From assembly GCF_009914755.1 (NCBI RefSeq), contig NC_060939.1: a stretch of 64,000 bases of DNA. The stretch is one strand, 5' to 3'. Position 1 is the stretch's first letter, and each line of letters opens with the position of its first letter. The DNA is from the human T2T-CHM13v2.0 reference genome, Homo sapiens. The notes under the pieces are model-generated. The model was not told the DNA's origin. It did not search any database and was given only the letters and a program-made list of their open reading frames with translations. The translations under genes were made by a program, and so were the position numbers. Of the stretch, positions 1 to 13,200 are shown in pieces.

Positions 1-3000
1 CTGTGCAGTTTTTATTTGAAGATAATTGCTTTTCCAGTATAGGGCGAAATAGGGCTCCAAATATTCACTTGCAGATTCTACAGAAAGAGAGATTCCAAAC
101 TGCTCAATCAAAACATAGGTTCAACACTGTGAGTTGAATGCATACATCGCAAAGAAGTTTCACAGAGTACTTCTGGGTGGTTTTTATTTGAAGATATTTC
201 CCTTTCCACAATAGGCCTCAAAGCTTTCCAAATGTCCACTTGCAGATTCCACCAAAAGAGTGTTTCGAAACTGCTCAATCAAAAGAAAGGTTATACTCTG
301 TGGGATGAATGCACACATCACAAAGTAGTTTCTCAGAATGCTTCTGTGTAGTTTTTATGTGAAGATATTTGTTTTTCCACAGTAGGCCCCAAAGAGCTCC
401 AAATATTCACTTGCAGATTCTACAAAAAGAGTGTTCCAAAACTGCTCAATCATGAAATAGGATCAACCCTGTGAGATGAATGTACGTATGACAGAGAAGT
501 TTCTCAGAATGCTTCTGTGTAGTTTTTATGCGAAGATATTCGACTTTCCACAGTACGCCTCAAAGTTCTCCAATTATCCACTCGTAGATCCTGCAAAAAG
601 AGAGATTCAAAACTGCTCAATCAAAAGATAGTTTCTACTCCATTAGCTGAAAGACCACATCACAAAAAAAGTTTCTCAGGATGCTTCTGTGTAGTTTTTA
701 TGTGAAGATATTTGGTTTTCCACAGTAGGCCTCAAAGCGCTCCAAATATCCACTCACAGATTCTGCAAAAAGAGAGATTCAAAACTGCTGAATCAAAAGA
801 CAGTTTCAACTCTGTGACTTCAGTGCACACCTCACAAGGATGTTTCTCAGAATGCTTCTGTGGAGTTTTTATATAAAGATATCTCCTTCTCCAAAATGGA
901 TCTCAAAGTTCTCCAAATATTCACTTCCAGATTCTATGGAAAGATTGTCTCAAAACTGCTCAATCAAACCAAAGGTTCAACTCTGTGAGATGAATGCCCA
1001 CATCACAAAGAAGTTTCTCAGAGTACTTCTGTGTAGTTTCTATTTGAGGATAGTTCCTTTTCCACCACAGACCAGAAAGGGCTCCAAATATCCATTGCAG
1101 ATGGTACAAAAAGTGAGATTCAAAACTGCTCAATCCAAAGGTAGTTTCAACCATGTGATATGAATGCACACAGCACAGAGAATTTTCTCAAAATGCGTCT
1201 GTCTAGTTTTTATTTGAAGATATTTCCTTTTCTACCATAGGCCACAAACGTCTCCAAATATCCACATGCAGCTTCTACAAAAAGAGAGATTCAAAACTTC
1301 TCAATCAAAAGATAGGTTCAACTCTGTGAGTTGAAAGCACACCTCACAGAGAAGTTTCTCAGAGTGCTTCTGTGTGGTGTTTTTATGTGAAGATATTTCC
1401 TTTTCCACAATAGGCCTCAAAGCTCTCCAAATATCTGCGAGCAGAGTCTACAAAATGAGAGATTCAAAACTGCTCAATGAAAAGATAGGTTCAACTCTGT
1501 GAGTTGAATGCACACCTCCAAAGAAGTTTCTCAGAATGCTTCCGTGTAGTTTTTATGTGAAGATATTTACTTTTCCACAGTTGTCCCAAAGCTCTAAAAT
1601 GTCCACTTGCAGACCCTCCAAAAGAGTGTTTCAGAATTGCTCAATCAAAGGGAAGGTTCAATTCTGTGTGACCAATGCACTCATCACAAAGAAGTTTGTC
1701 TGAATGCTTCTGTGTAGAATTGATTTGAAGATAATTCCTTTTCCACCACAGTCCGCAAAGGGCTAAAAATATCCACTTGCCGATTCCACAAAAAGAGAGA
1801 TTCAAAACTGCTCAATCACAAGATAGGTTCAACTTGGTAATTGGAAAGCACACATGACAAACAATTTCTGAGAATGTTTCTGTGTAGTTTTTAAGGGAAG
1901 ATATTTGATTTTCAAATGTAGGCCTCAAATCGCTCCAAATATCCACTTGCATATTGTACAAAAAGAGAGATTCAAAACTGGTCACTCAAAAGTTAGGTCC
2001 AGCTCTGTGAGCTGAATGCACACATCACAAAGATGTTTCTCAGAAGGTTTCTGTATAGTTTTTATATGAAGATATTGGCTTTTCCACAATATGCCTCAAA
2101 TCTCCCCAATTATCCACTTGCAGATTCTAGAAAAAGAGTGTTTCAAAACAGCTCAATCAAAATAAACTTTCAACTCTGTGAGATCAATGCACACATCACA
2201 AAGAAGTTTCTCAGAATGCTTCTGTGTAGTTTTTTTTGTGAAGATATTTGATTTTCCACAGCAGGCTTCCAAGCACTCCAAATATCCACTCGCAGATTCT
2301 GCAAAAAGAGAGATTCAAATCTGCTGAATCAAAAGATAGGTTTAACTCTGTGACTTCAATGCACACCTCACAAGGGTGTTTCTCAGAAAGCTTCTGTGTA
2401 GTTTTTATATGAAGATATCTCCTTCTCCAAAGCAGGTCTCAAAGCCCTCCAAATATTCACTTCAAGATTCTACGGAAAGATTGTCTCAACACTGCTAAAT
2501 CTAAACAAATGTTCAACTCTGTGTGATGAATACACTCATCACAGAGAAGTTTCTCTGAATGCCTCTGTGTAGTTTTTATTTGAAGATATTTGCTTTTCCA
2601 GTATAGGGCGAAATAGGGCTCCAAATATTCACTTGCAGATTCTACAAAAGGAGAGATTCCAAACTGCTCAATCAAAACATAGGTTCAACACTGTGAGTTG
2701 AATGCACACATCACAAAGAAGTTTCACAGAGTGCTTCTGGGTAGTTTTTATTTGAGGATATTTCCCTTTCCACAATAGGCCTCAAAGCTTTCCAAATATC
2801 CACTTGCAGATTCTGCAAAAAGAGAGATACAAAACTGCTCTATCAAAAGATAGATTCGACTCTGTGAGTTGAATGCCAACATCGCAAAGAAGTTTCTCAG
2901 AATGCTTCTCTGCAGCTTTTTTGTGAGTATGTTTCGTTTTCCACCATAGGGCGAAATGGGGCTCCAAATATCCACTTGCATTTCCTACAAAAAGAGAGAT

Positions 3001-3417
3001 TCTAAGCTGCTCAATCAAAACATTGTTTCAACACGGTTAGTTGAATGCACACATCCCAGAGATGTTTTTCAGAGTGCTTCTGTGTGGTTTTTATGTGAAG
3101 ATACTTCCTTTTCCACAATAGGCCTCAAATCTCTGTAAATATCCACTTGCAGACTCTACAAAGAGTGTTTCCAAACTCCTCAATCATAAGATAGGTTCAA
3201 CTCCGATAGTTGAATGCACACATCACAAAGAAGTTTCTCGGAAAGCTTCTGTGTAGTTTTTGATGAAGATATCTTCTTCTCTAAAACAGAACTCCAAGCC
3301 CTCCAAATATTCACTTCAAGATTCTACGGAAAGATTGTCTCAAACTGCTAAATCAAAACAAAGGTTCAACTCTGTGTGATGAATGCATTCATCACAAAGA
3401 AGTTTCTCTGAGTGCTT
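1..3417 (-). repeat. HOR copy 1, 3,417-bp variant (+3 bp), used to define monomers M1-M20
   Basis: Twenty distinct monomers were counted from the gaagat-type anchor at about 19, 190, 361, 532, 704, 875, 1046, 1216, 1389, 1559, 1727, 1897, 2068, 2240, 2411, 2582, 2754, 2925, 3097 and 3265. M1 recurs at about 3436. A GTG duplication lies at 1374-1379. Confidence 0.95.
1223..1240 (+). other. Example A-type (pJalpha-like) box at the position where B-type monomers carry a CENP-B box; degenerate versions occur in all 20 monomers
   Basis: tttccttttctaccatag resembles the pJalpha motif TTCCTTTTYCACCRTAG. Other monomers read ttccttttccaccacag, ttccttttccacaatag or ttcgttttccaccatag. None matches the CENP-B box, which on this strand would read TCCCGYTTCCAACGAAR. 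Confidence 0.75.
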
Positions 3418-6400
3418 CTGTGCAGTTTTTATTTGAAGATAATTGCTTTTCCAGTATAGGGCGAAATAGGGCTCCAAATATTCACTTGCAGATTCTACAG
3501 AAAGAGAGATTCCAAACTGCTCAATCAAAACATAGGTTCAACACTGTGAGTTGAATGCATACATCGCAAAGAAGTTTCACAGAGTACTTCTGGGTGGTTT
3601 TTATTTGAAGATATTTCCCTTTCCACAATAGGCCTCAAAGCTTTCCAAATGTCCACTTGCAGATTCCACCAAAAGAGTGTTTCGAAACTGCTCAATCAAA
3701 AGAAAGGTTCTACTCTGTGGGATGAATGCACACATCACAAAGTAGTTTCTCAGAATGCTTCTGTGTAGTTTTTATGTGAAGATATTTGTTTTTCCACAGT
3801 AGGCCCCAAAGAGCTCCAAATATTCACTTGCAGATTCTACAAAAAGAGTGTTCCAAAACTGCTCAATCATGAAATAGGATCAACCCTGTGAGATGAATGT
3901 ACGTATGACAGAGAAGTTTCTCAGAATGCTTCTGTGTAGTTTTTATGCGAAGATATTCGACTTTCCACAGTACGCCTCAAAGTTCTCCAATTATCCACTC
4001 GTAGATCCTGCAAAAAGAGAGATTCAAAACTGCTCAATCAAAAGATAGTTTCTACTCCATTAGCTGAAAGACCACATCACAAAAAAAGTTTCTCAGGATG
4101 CTTCTGTGTAGTTTTTATGTGAAGATATTTGGTTTTCCACAGTAGGCCTCAAAGCGCTCCAAATATCCACTCACAGATTCTGCAAAAAGAGAGATTCAAA
4201 ACTGCTGAATCAAAAGACAGTTTCAACTCTGTGACTTCAGTGCACAGCTCACAAGGATGTTTCTCAGAATGCTTCTGTGTAGTTTTTATATAAAGATATC
4301 TCCTTCTCCAAAATGGATCTCAAAGTTCTCCAAATATTCACTTCCAGATTCTATGGAAAGATTGTCTCAAAACTGCTCAATCAAACCAAAGGTTCAACTC
4401 TGTGAGATGAATGCCCACATCACAAAGAAGTTTCTCAGAGTACTTCTGTGTAGTTTCTATTTGAGGATAGTTCCTTTTCCACCACAGACCAGAAAGGGCT
4501 CCAAATATCCATTGCAGATGGTACAAAAAGTGAGATTCAAAACTGCTCAATCCAAAGGTAGTTTCAACCATGTGATATGAATGCACACAGCACAGAGAAT
4601 TTTCTCAAAATGCGTCTGTCTAGTTTTTATTTGAAGATATTTCCTTTTCTACCATAGGCCACAAACGTCTCCAAATATCCACATGCAGCTTCTACAAAAA
4701 GAGAGATTCAAAACTTCTCAATCAAAAGATAGGTTCAACTCTGTGAGTTGAAAGCACACCTCACAGAGAAGTTTCTCAGAGTGCTTCTGTGTGTTTTTAT
4801 GTGAAGATATTTCCTTTTCCACAATAGGCCTCAAAGCTCTCCAAATATCTGCGAGCAGAGTCTACAAAATGAGAGATTCAAAACTGCTCAATGAAAAGAT
4901 AGGTTCAACTCTGTGAGTTGAATGCACACCTCCAAAGAAGTTTCTCAGAATGCTTCCGTGTAGTTTTTATGTGAAGATATTTACTTTTCCACAGTTGTCC
5001 CAAAGCTCTAAAATGTCCACTTGCAGACCCTCCAAAAGAGTGTTTCAGAATTGCTCAATCAAAGGGAAGGTTCAATTCTGTGTGACCAATGCACTCATCA
5101 CAAAGAAGTTTGTCTGAATGCTTCTGTGTAGAATTGATTTGAAGATAATTCCTTTTCCACCACAGTCCGCAAAGGGCTAAAAATATCCACTTGCCGATTC
5201 CACAAAAAGAGAGATTCAAAACTGCTCAATCACAAGATAGGTTCAACTTGGTAATTGGAAAGCACACATGACAAACAATTTCTGAGAATGTTTCTGTGTA
5301 GTTTTTAAGGGAAGATATTTGATTTTCAAATGTAGGCCTCAAATCGCTCCAAATATCCACTTGCATATTGTACAAAAAGAGAGATTCAAAACTGGTCACT
5401 CAAAAGTTAGGTCCAGCTCTGTGAGCTGAATGCACACATCACAAAGATGTTTCTCAGAAGGTTTCTGTATAGTTTTTATATGAAGATATTGGCTTTTCCA
5501 CAATATGCCTCAAATCTCCCCAATTATCCACTTGCAGATTCTAGAAAAAGAGTGTTTCAAAACAGCTCAATCAAAATAAACTTTCAACTCTGTGAGATCA
5601 ATGCACACATCACAAAGAAGTTTCTCAGAATGCTTCTGTGTAGTTTTTTTTGTGAAGATATTTGATTTTCCACAGCAGGCTTCCAAGCACTCCAAATATC
5701 CACTCGCAGATTCTGCAAAAAGAGAGATTCAAATCTGCTGAATCAAAAGATAGGTTTAACTCTGTGACTTCAATGCACACCTCACAAGGGTGTTTCTCAG
5801 AAAGCTTCTGTGTAGTTTTTATATGAAGATATCTCCTTCTCCAAAGCAGGTCTCAAAGCCCTCCAAATATTCACTTCAAGATTCTACGGAAAGATTGTCT
5901 CAACACTGCTAAATCTAAACAAATGTTCAACTCTGTGTGATGAATGCACTCATCACAGAGAAGTTTCTCTGAATGCCTCTGTGTAGTTTTTATTTGAAGA
6001 TATTTGCTTTTCCAGTATAGGGCGAAATAGGGCTCCAAATATTCACTTGCAGATTCTACAAAAGGAGAGATTCCAAACTGCTCAATCAAAACATAGGTTC
6101 AACACTGTGAGTTGAATGCACACATCACAAAGAAGTTTCACAGAGTGCTTCTGGGTAGTTTTTATTTGAGGATATTTCCCTTTCCACAATAGGCCTCAAA
6201 GCTTTCCAAATATCCACTTGCAGATTCTGCAAAAAGAGAGATACAAAACTGCTCTATCAAAAGATAGATTCGACTCTGTGAGTTGAATGCCAACATCGCA
6301 AAGAAGTTTCTCAGAATGCTTCTCTGCAGCTTTTTTGTGAGTATGTTTCGTTTTCCACCATAGGGCGAAATGGGGCTCCAAATATCCACTTGCATTTCCT

Positions 6401-6831
6401 ACAAAAAGAGAGATTCTAAGCTGCTCAATCAAAACATTGTTTCAACACGGTTAGTTGAATGCACACATCCCAAAGATGTTTTTCAGAGTGCTTCTGTGTG
6501 GTTTTTATGTGAAGATACTTCCTTTTCCACAATAGGCCTCAAATCTCTGTAAATATCCACTTGCAGACTCTACAAAGAGTGTTTCCAAACTCCTCAATCA
6601 TAAGATAGGTTCAACTCCGATAGTTGAATGCACACATCACAAAGAAGTTTCTCGGAAAGCTTCTGTGTAGTTTTTGATGAAGATATCTTCTTCTCTAAAA
6701 CAGAACTCCAAGCCCTCCAAATATTCACTTCAAGATTCTACGGAAAGATTGTCTCAAACTGCTAAATCAAAACAAAGGTTCAACTCTGTGTGATGAATGC
6801 ATTCATCACAAAGAAGTTTCTCTGAGTGCTT
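3418..6831 (-). repeat. HOR copy 2, canonical 3,414-bp 20-mer unit
   Basis: ORF spacing 4257 to 7671 is 3,414 bp, and 3,414/20 = 170.7 bp per monomer. Fifteen of the 18 full copies have this length. Confidence 0.95.
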
Positions 6832-9800
6832 CTGTGCAGTTTTTATTTGAAGATAATTGCTTTTCCAGTATAGGGCGAAATAGGGCTCCAAATATTCACT
6901 TGCAGATTCTACAGAAAGAGAGATTCCAAACTGCTCAATCAAAACATAGGTTCAACACTGTGAGTTGAATGCATACATCGCAAAGAAGTTTCACAGAGTA
7001 CTTCTGGGTGGTTTTTATTTGAAGATATTTCCCTTTCCACAATAGGCCTCAAAGCTTTCCAAATGTCCACTTGCAGATTCCACCAAAAGAGTGTTTCGAA
7101 ACTGCTCAATCAAAAGAAAGGTTCTACTCTGTGGGATGAATGCACACATCACAAAGTAGTTTCTCAGAATGCTTCTGTGTAGTTTTTATGTGAAGATATT
7201 TGTTTTTCCACAGTAGGCCCCAAAGAGCTCCAAATATTCACTTGCAGATTCTACAAAAAGAGTGTTCCAAAACTGCTCCATCATGAAATAGGATCAACCC
7301 TGTGAGATGAATGTACGTATGACAGAGAAGTTTCTCAGAATGCTTCTGTGTAGTTTTTATGCGAAGATATTCGACTTTCCACAGTACGCCTCAAAGTTCT
7401 CCAATTATCCACTCGTAGATCCTGCAAAAAGAGAGATTCAAAACTGCTCAATCAAAAGATAGTTTCTACTCCATTAGCTGAAAGACCACATCACAAAAAA
7501 AGTTTCTCAGGATGCTTCTGTGTAGTTTTTATGTGAAGATATTTGGTTTTCCACAGTAGGCCTCAAAGCGCTCCAAATATCCACTCACAGATTCTGCAAA
7601 AAGAGAGATTCAAAACTGCTGAATCAAAAGACAGTTTCAACTCTGTGACTTCAGTGCACACCTCACAAGGATGTTTCTCAGAATGCTTCTGTGTAGTTTT
7701 TATATAAAGATATCTCCTTCTCCAAAATGGATCTCAAAGTTCTCCAAATATTCACTTCCAGATTCTATGGAAAGATTGTCTCAAAACTGCTCAATCAAAC
7801 CAAAGGTTCAACTCTGTGAGATGAATGCCCACATCACAAAGAAGTTTCTCAGAGTACTTCTGTGTAGTTTCTATTTGAGGATAGTTCCTTTTCCACCACA
7901 GACCAGAAAGGGCTCCAAATATCCATTGCAGATGGTACAAAAAGTGAGATTCAAAACTGCTCAATCCAAAGGTAGTTTCAACCATGTGATATGAATGCAC
8001 ACAGCACAGAGAATTTTCTCAAAATGCGTCTGTCTAGTTTTTATTTGAAGATATTTCCTTTTCTACCATAGGCCACAAACGTCTCCAAATATCCACATGC
8101 AGCTTCTACAAAAAGAGAGATTCAAAACTTCTCAATCAAAAGATAGGTTCAACTCTGTGAGTTGAAAGCACACCTCACAGAGAAGTTTCTCAGAGTGCTT
8201 CTGTGTGTTTTTATGTGAAGATATTTCCTTTTCCACAATAGGCCTCAAAGCTCTCCAAATATCTGCGAGCAGAGTCTACAAAATGAGAGATTCAAAACTG
8301 CTCAATGAAAAGATAGGTTCAACTCTGTGAGTTGAATGCACACCTCCAAAGAAGTTTCTCAGAATGCTTCCGTGTAGTTTTTATGTGAAGATATTTACTT
8401 TTCCACAGTTGTCCCAAAGCTCTAAAATGTCCACTTGCAGACCCTCCAAAAGAGTGTTTCAGAATTGCTCAATCAAAGGGAAGGTTCAATTCTGTGTGAC
8501 CAATGCACTCATCACAAAGAAGTTTGTCTGAATGCTTCTGTGTAGAATTGATTTGAAGATAATTCCTTTTCCACCACAGTCCGCAAAGGGCTAAAAATAT
8601 CCACTTGCCGATTCCACAAAAAGAGAGATTCAAAACTGCTCAATCACAAGATAGGTTCAACTTGGTAATTGGAAAGCACACATGACAAACAATTTCTGAG
8701 AATGTTTCTGTGTAGTTTTTAAGGGAAGATATTTGATTTTCAAATGTAGGCCTCAAATCGCTCCAAATATCCACTTGCATATTGTACAAAAAGAGAGATT
8801 CAAAACTGGTCACTCAAAAGTTAGGTCCAGCTCTGTGAGCTGAATGCACACATCACAAAGATGTTTCTCAGAAGGTTTCTGTATAGTTTTTATATGAAGA
8901 TATTTGCTTTTCCACAATATGCCTCAAATCTCCCCAATTATCCACTTGCAGATTCTAGAAAAAGAGTGTTTCAAAACAGCTCAATCAAAATAAACTTTCA
9001 ACTCTGTGAGATCAATGCACACATCACAAAGAAGTTTCTCAGAATGCTTCTGTGTAGTTTTTTTTGTGAAGATATTTGATTTTCCACAGCAGGCTTCCAA
9101 GCACTCCAAATATCCACTCGCAGATTCTGCAAAAAGAGAGATTCAAATCTGCTGAATCAAAAGATAGGTTTAACTCTGTGACTTCAATGCACACCTCACA
9201 AGGGTGTTTCTCAGAAAGCTTCTGTGTAGTTTTTATATGAAGATATCTCCTTCTCCAAAGCAGGTCTCAAAGCCCTCCAAATATTCACTTCAAGATTCTA
9301 CGGAAAGATTGTCTCAACACTGCTAAATCTAAACAAATGTTCAACTCTGTGTGATGAATGCACTCATCACAGAGAAGTTTCTCTGAATGCCTCTGTGTAG
9401 TTTTTATTTGAAGATATTTGCTTTTCCAGTATAGGGCGAAATAGGGCTCCAAATATTCACTTGCAGATTCTACAAAAGGAGAGATTCCAAACTGCTCAAT
9501 CAAAACATAGGTTCAACACTGTGAGTTGAATGCACACATCACAAAGAAGTTTCACAGAGTGCTTCTGGGTAGTTTTTATTTGAGGATATTTCCCTTTCCA
9601 CAATAGGCCTCAAAGCTTTCCAAATATCCACTTGCAGATTCTGCAAAAAGAGAGATACAAAACTGCTCTATCAAAAGATAGATTCGACTCTGTGAGTTGA
9701 ATGCCAACATCGCAAAGAAGTTTCTCAGAATGCTTCTCTGCAGCTTTTTTGTGAGTATGTTTCGTTTTCCACCATAGGGCGAAATGGGGCTCCAAATATC

Positions 9801-10245
9801 CACTTGCATTTCCTACAAAAAGAGAGATTCTAAGCTGCTCAATCAAAACATTGTTTCAACACGGTTAGTTGAATGCACACATCCCAAAGATGTTTTTCAG
9901 AGTGCTTCTGTGTGGTTTTTATGTGAAGATACTTCCTTTTCCACAATAGGCCTCAAATCTCTGTAAATATCCACTTGCAGACTCTACAAAGAGTGTTTCC
10001 AAACTCCTCAATCATAAGATAGGTTCAACTCCGATAGTTGAATGCACACATCACAAAGAAGTTTCTCGGAAAGCTTCTGTGTAGTTTTTGATGAAGATAT
10101 CTCCTTCTCTAAAACAGAACTCCAAGCCCTCCAAATATTCACTTCAAGATTCTACGGAAAGATTGTCTCAAACTGCTAAATCAAAACAAAGGTTCAACTC
10201 TGTGTGATGAATGCATTCATCACAAAGAAGTTTCTCTGAGTGCTT

Positions 10246-13200
10246 CTGTGCAGTTTTTATTTGAAGATAATTGCTTTTCCAGTATAGGGCGAAATAGGGC
10301 TCCAAATATTCACTTGCAGATTCTACAGAAAGAGAGATTCCAAACTGCTCAATCAAAACATAGGTTCAACACTGTGAGTTGAATGCATACATCGCAAAGA
10401 AGTTTCACAGAGTACTTCTGGGTGGTTTTTATTTGAAGATATTTCCCTTTCCACAATAGGCCTCAAAGCTTTCCAAATGTCCACTTGCAGATTCCACCAA
10501 AAGAGTGTTTCGAAACTGCTCAATCAAAAGAAAGGTTCTACTCTGTGGGATGAATGCACACATCACAAAGTAGTTTCTCAGAATGCTTCTGTGTAGTTTT
10601 TATGTGAAGATATTTGTTTTTCCACAGTAGGCCCCAAAGAGCTCCAAATATTCACTTGCAGATTCTACAAAAAGAGTGTTCCAAAACTGCTCAATCATGA
10701 AATAGGATCAACCCTGTGAGATGAATGTACGTATGACAGAGAAGTTTCTCAGAATGCTTCTGTGTAGTTTTTATGCGAAGATATTCGACTTTCCACAGTA
10801 CGCCTCAAAGTTCTCCAATTATCCACTCGTAGATCCTGCAAAAAGAGAGATTCAAAACTGCTCAATCAAAAGATAGTTTCTACTCCATTAGCTGAAAGAC
10901 CACATCACAAAAAAAGTTTCTCAGGATGCTTCTGTGTAGTTTTTATGTGAAGATATTTGGTTTTCCACAGTAGGCCTCAAAGCGCTCCAAATATCCACTC
11001 ACAGATTCTGCAAAAAGAGAGATTCAAAACTGCTGAATCAAAAGACAGTTTCAACTCTGTGACTTCAGTGCACACCTCACAAGGATGTTTCTCAGAATGC
11101 TTCTGTGTAGTTTTTATATAAAGATATCTCCTTCTCCAAAATGGATCTCAAAGTTCTCCAAATATTCACTTCCAGATTCTATGGAAAGATTGTCTCAAAA
11201 CTGCTCAATCAAACCAAAGGTTCAACTCTGTGAGATGAATGCCCACATCACAAAGAAGTTTCTCAGAGTACTTCTGTGTAGTTTCTATTTGAGGATAGTT
11301 CCTTTTCCACCACAGACCAGAAAGGGCTCCAAATATCCATTGCAGATGGTACAAAAAGTGAGATTCAAAACTGCTCAATCCAAAGGTAGTTTCAACCATG
11401 TGATATGAATGCACACAGCACAGAGAATTTTCTCAAAATGCGTCTGTCTAGTTTTTATTTGAAGATATTTCCTTTTCTACCATAGGCCACAAACGTCTCC
11501 AAATATCCACATGCAGCTTCTACAAAAAGAGAGATTCAAAACTTCTCAATCAAAAGATAGGTTCAACTCTGTGAGTTGAAAGCACACCTCACAGAGAAGT
11601 TTCTCAGAGTGCTTCTGTGTGGTGTTTTTATGTGAAGATATTTCCTTTTCCACAATAGGCCTCAAAGCTCTCCAAATATCTGCGAGCAGAGTCTACAAAA
11701 TGAGAGATTCAAAACTGCTCAATGAAAAGATAGGTTCAACTCTGTGAGTTGAATGCACACCTCCAAAGAAGTTTCTCAGAATGCTTCCGTGTAGTTTTTA
11801 TGTGAAGATATTTACTTTTCCACAGTTGTCCCAAAGCTCTAAAATGTCCACTTGCAGACCCTCCAAAAGAGTGTTTCAGAATTGCTCAATCAAAGGGAAG
11901 GTTCAATTCTGTGTGACCAATGCACTCATCACAAAGAAGTTTGTCTGAATGCTTCTGTGTAGAATTGATTTGAAGATAATTCCTTTTCCACCACAGTCCG
12001 CAAAGGGCTAAAAATATCCACTTGCCGATTCCACAAAAAGAGAGATTCAAAACTGCTCAATCACAAGATAGGTTCAACTTGGTAATTGGAAAGCACACAT
12101 GACAAACAATTTCTGAGAATGTTTCTGTGTAGTTTTTAAGGGAAGATATTTGATTTTCAAATGTAGGCCTCAAATCGCTCCAAATATCCACTTGCATATT
12201 GTACAAAAAGAGAGATTCAAAACTGGTCACTCAAAAGTTAGGTCCAGCTCTGTGAGCTGAATGCACACATCACAAAGATGTTTCTCAGAAGGTTTCTGTA
12301 TAGTTTTTATATGAAGATATTTGCTTTTCCACAATATGCCTCAAATCTCCCCAATTATCCACTTGCAGATTCTAGAAAAAGAGTGTTTCAAAACAGCTCA
12401 ATCAAAATAAACTTTCAACTCTGTGAGATCAATGCACACATCACAAAGAAGTTTCTCAGAATGCTTCTGTGTAGTTTTTTTTGTGAAGATATTTGATTTT
12501 CCACAGCAGGCTTCCAAGCACTCCAAATATCCACTCGCAGATTCTGCAAAAAGAGAGATTCAAATCTGCTGAATCAAAAGATAGGTTTAACTCTGTGACT
12601 TCAATGCACACCTCACAAGGGTGTTTCTCAGAAAGCTTCTGTGTAGTTTTTATATGAAGATATCTCCTTCTCCAAAGCAGGTCTCAAAGCCCTCCAAATA
12701 TTCACTTCAAGATTCTACGGAAAGATTGTCTCAACACTGCTAAATCTAAACAAATGTTCAACTCTGTGTGATGAATGCACTCATCACAGAGAAGTTTCTC
12801 TGAATGCCTCTGTGTAGTTTTTATTTGAAGATATTTGCTTTTCCAGTATAGGGCGAAATAGGGCTCCAAATATTCACTTGCAGATTCTACAAAAGGAGAG
12901 ATTCCAAACTGCTCAATCAAAACATAGGTTCAACACTGTGAGTTGAATGCACACATCACAAAGAAGTTTCACAGAGTGCTTCTGGGTAGTTTTTATTTGA
13001 GGATATTTCCCTTTCCACAATAGGCCTCAAAGCTTTCCAAATATCCACTTGCAGATTCTGCAAAAAGAGAGATACAAAACTGCTCTATCAAAAGATAGAT
13101 TCGACTCTGTGAGTTGAATGCCAACATCGCAAAGAAGTTTCTCAGAATGCTTCTCTGCAGCTTTTTTGTGAGTATGTTTCGTTTTCCACCATAGGGCGAA

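Noticed and set aside
2930-2955. Possible CENP-B box at tttcgttttccaccatagggcgaaa
   Set aside because: It contains TTCG but lacks the correctly spaced CGGG core. It is a degenerate A-type box in the array's orientation.
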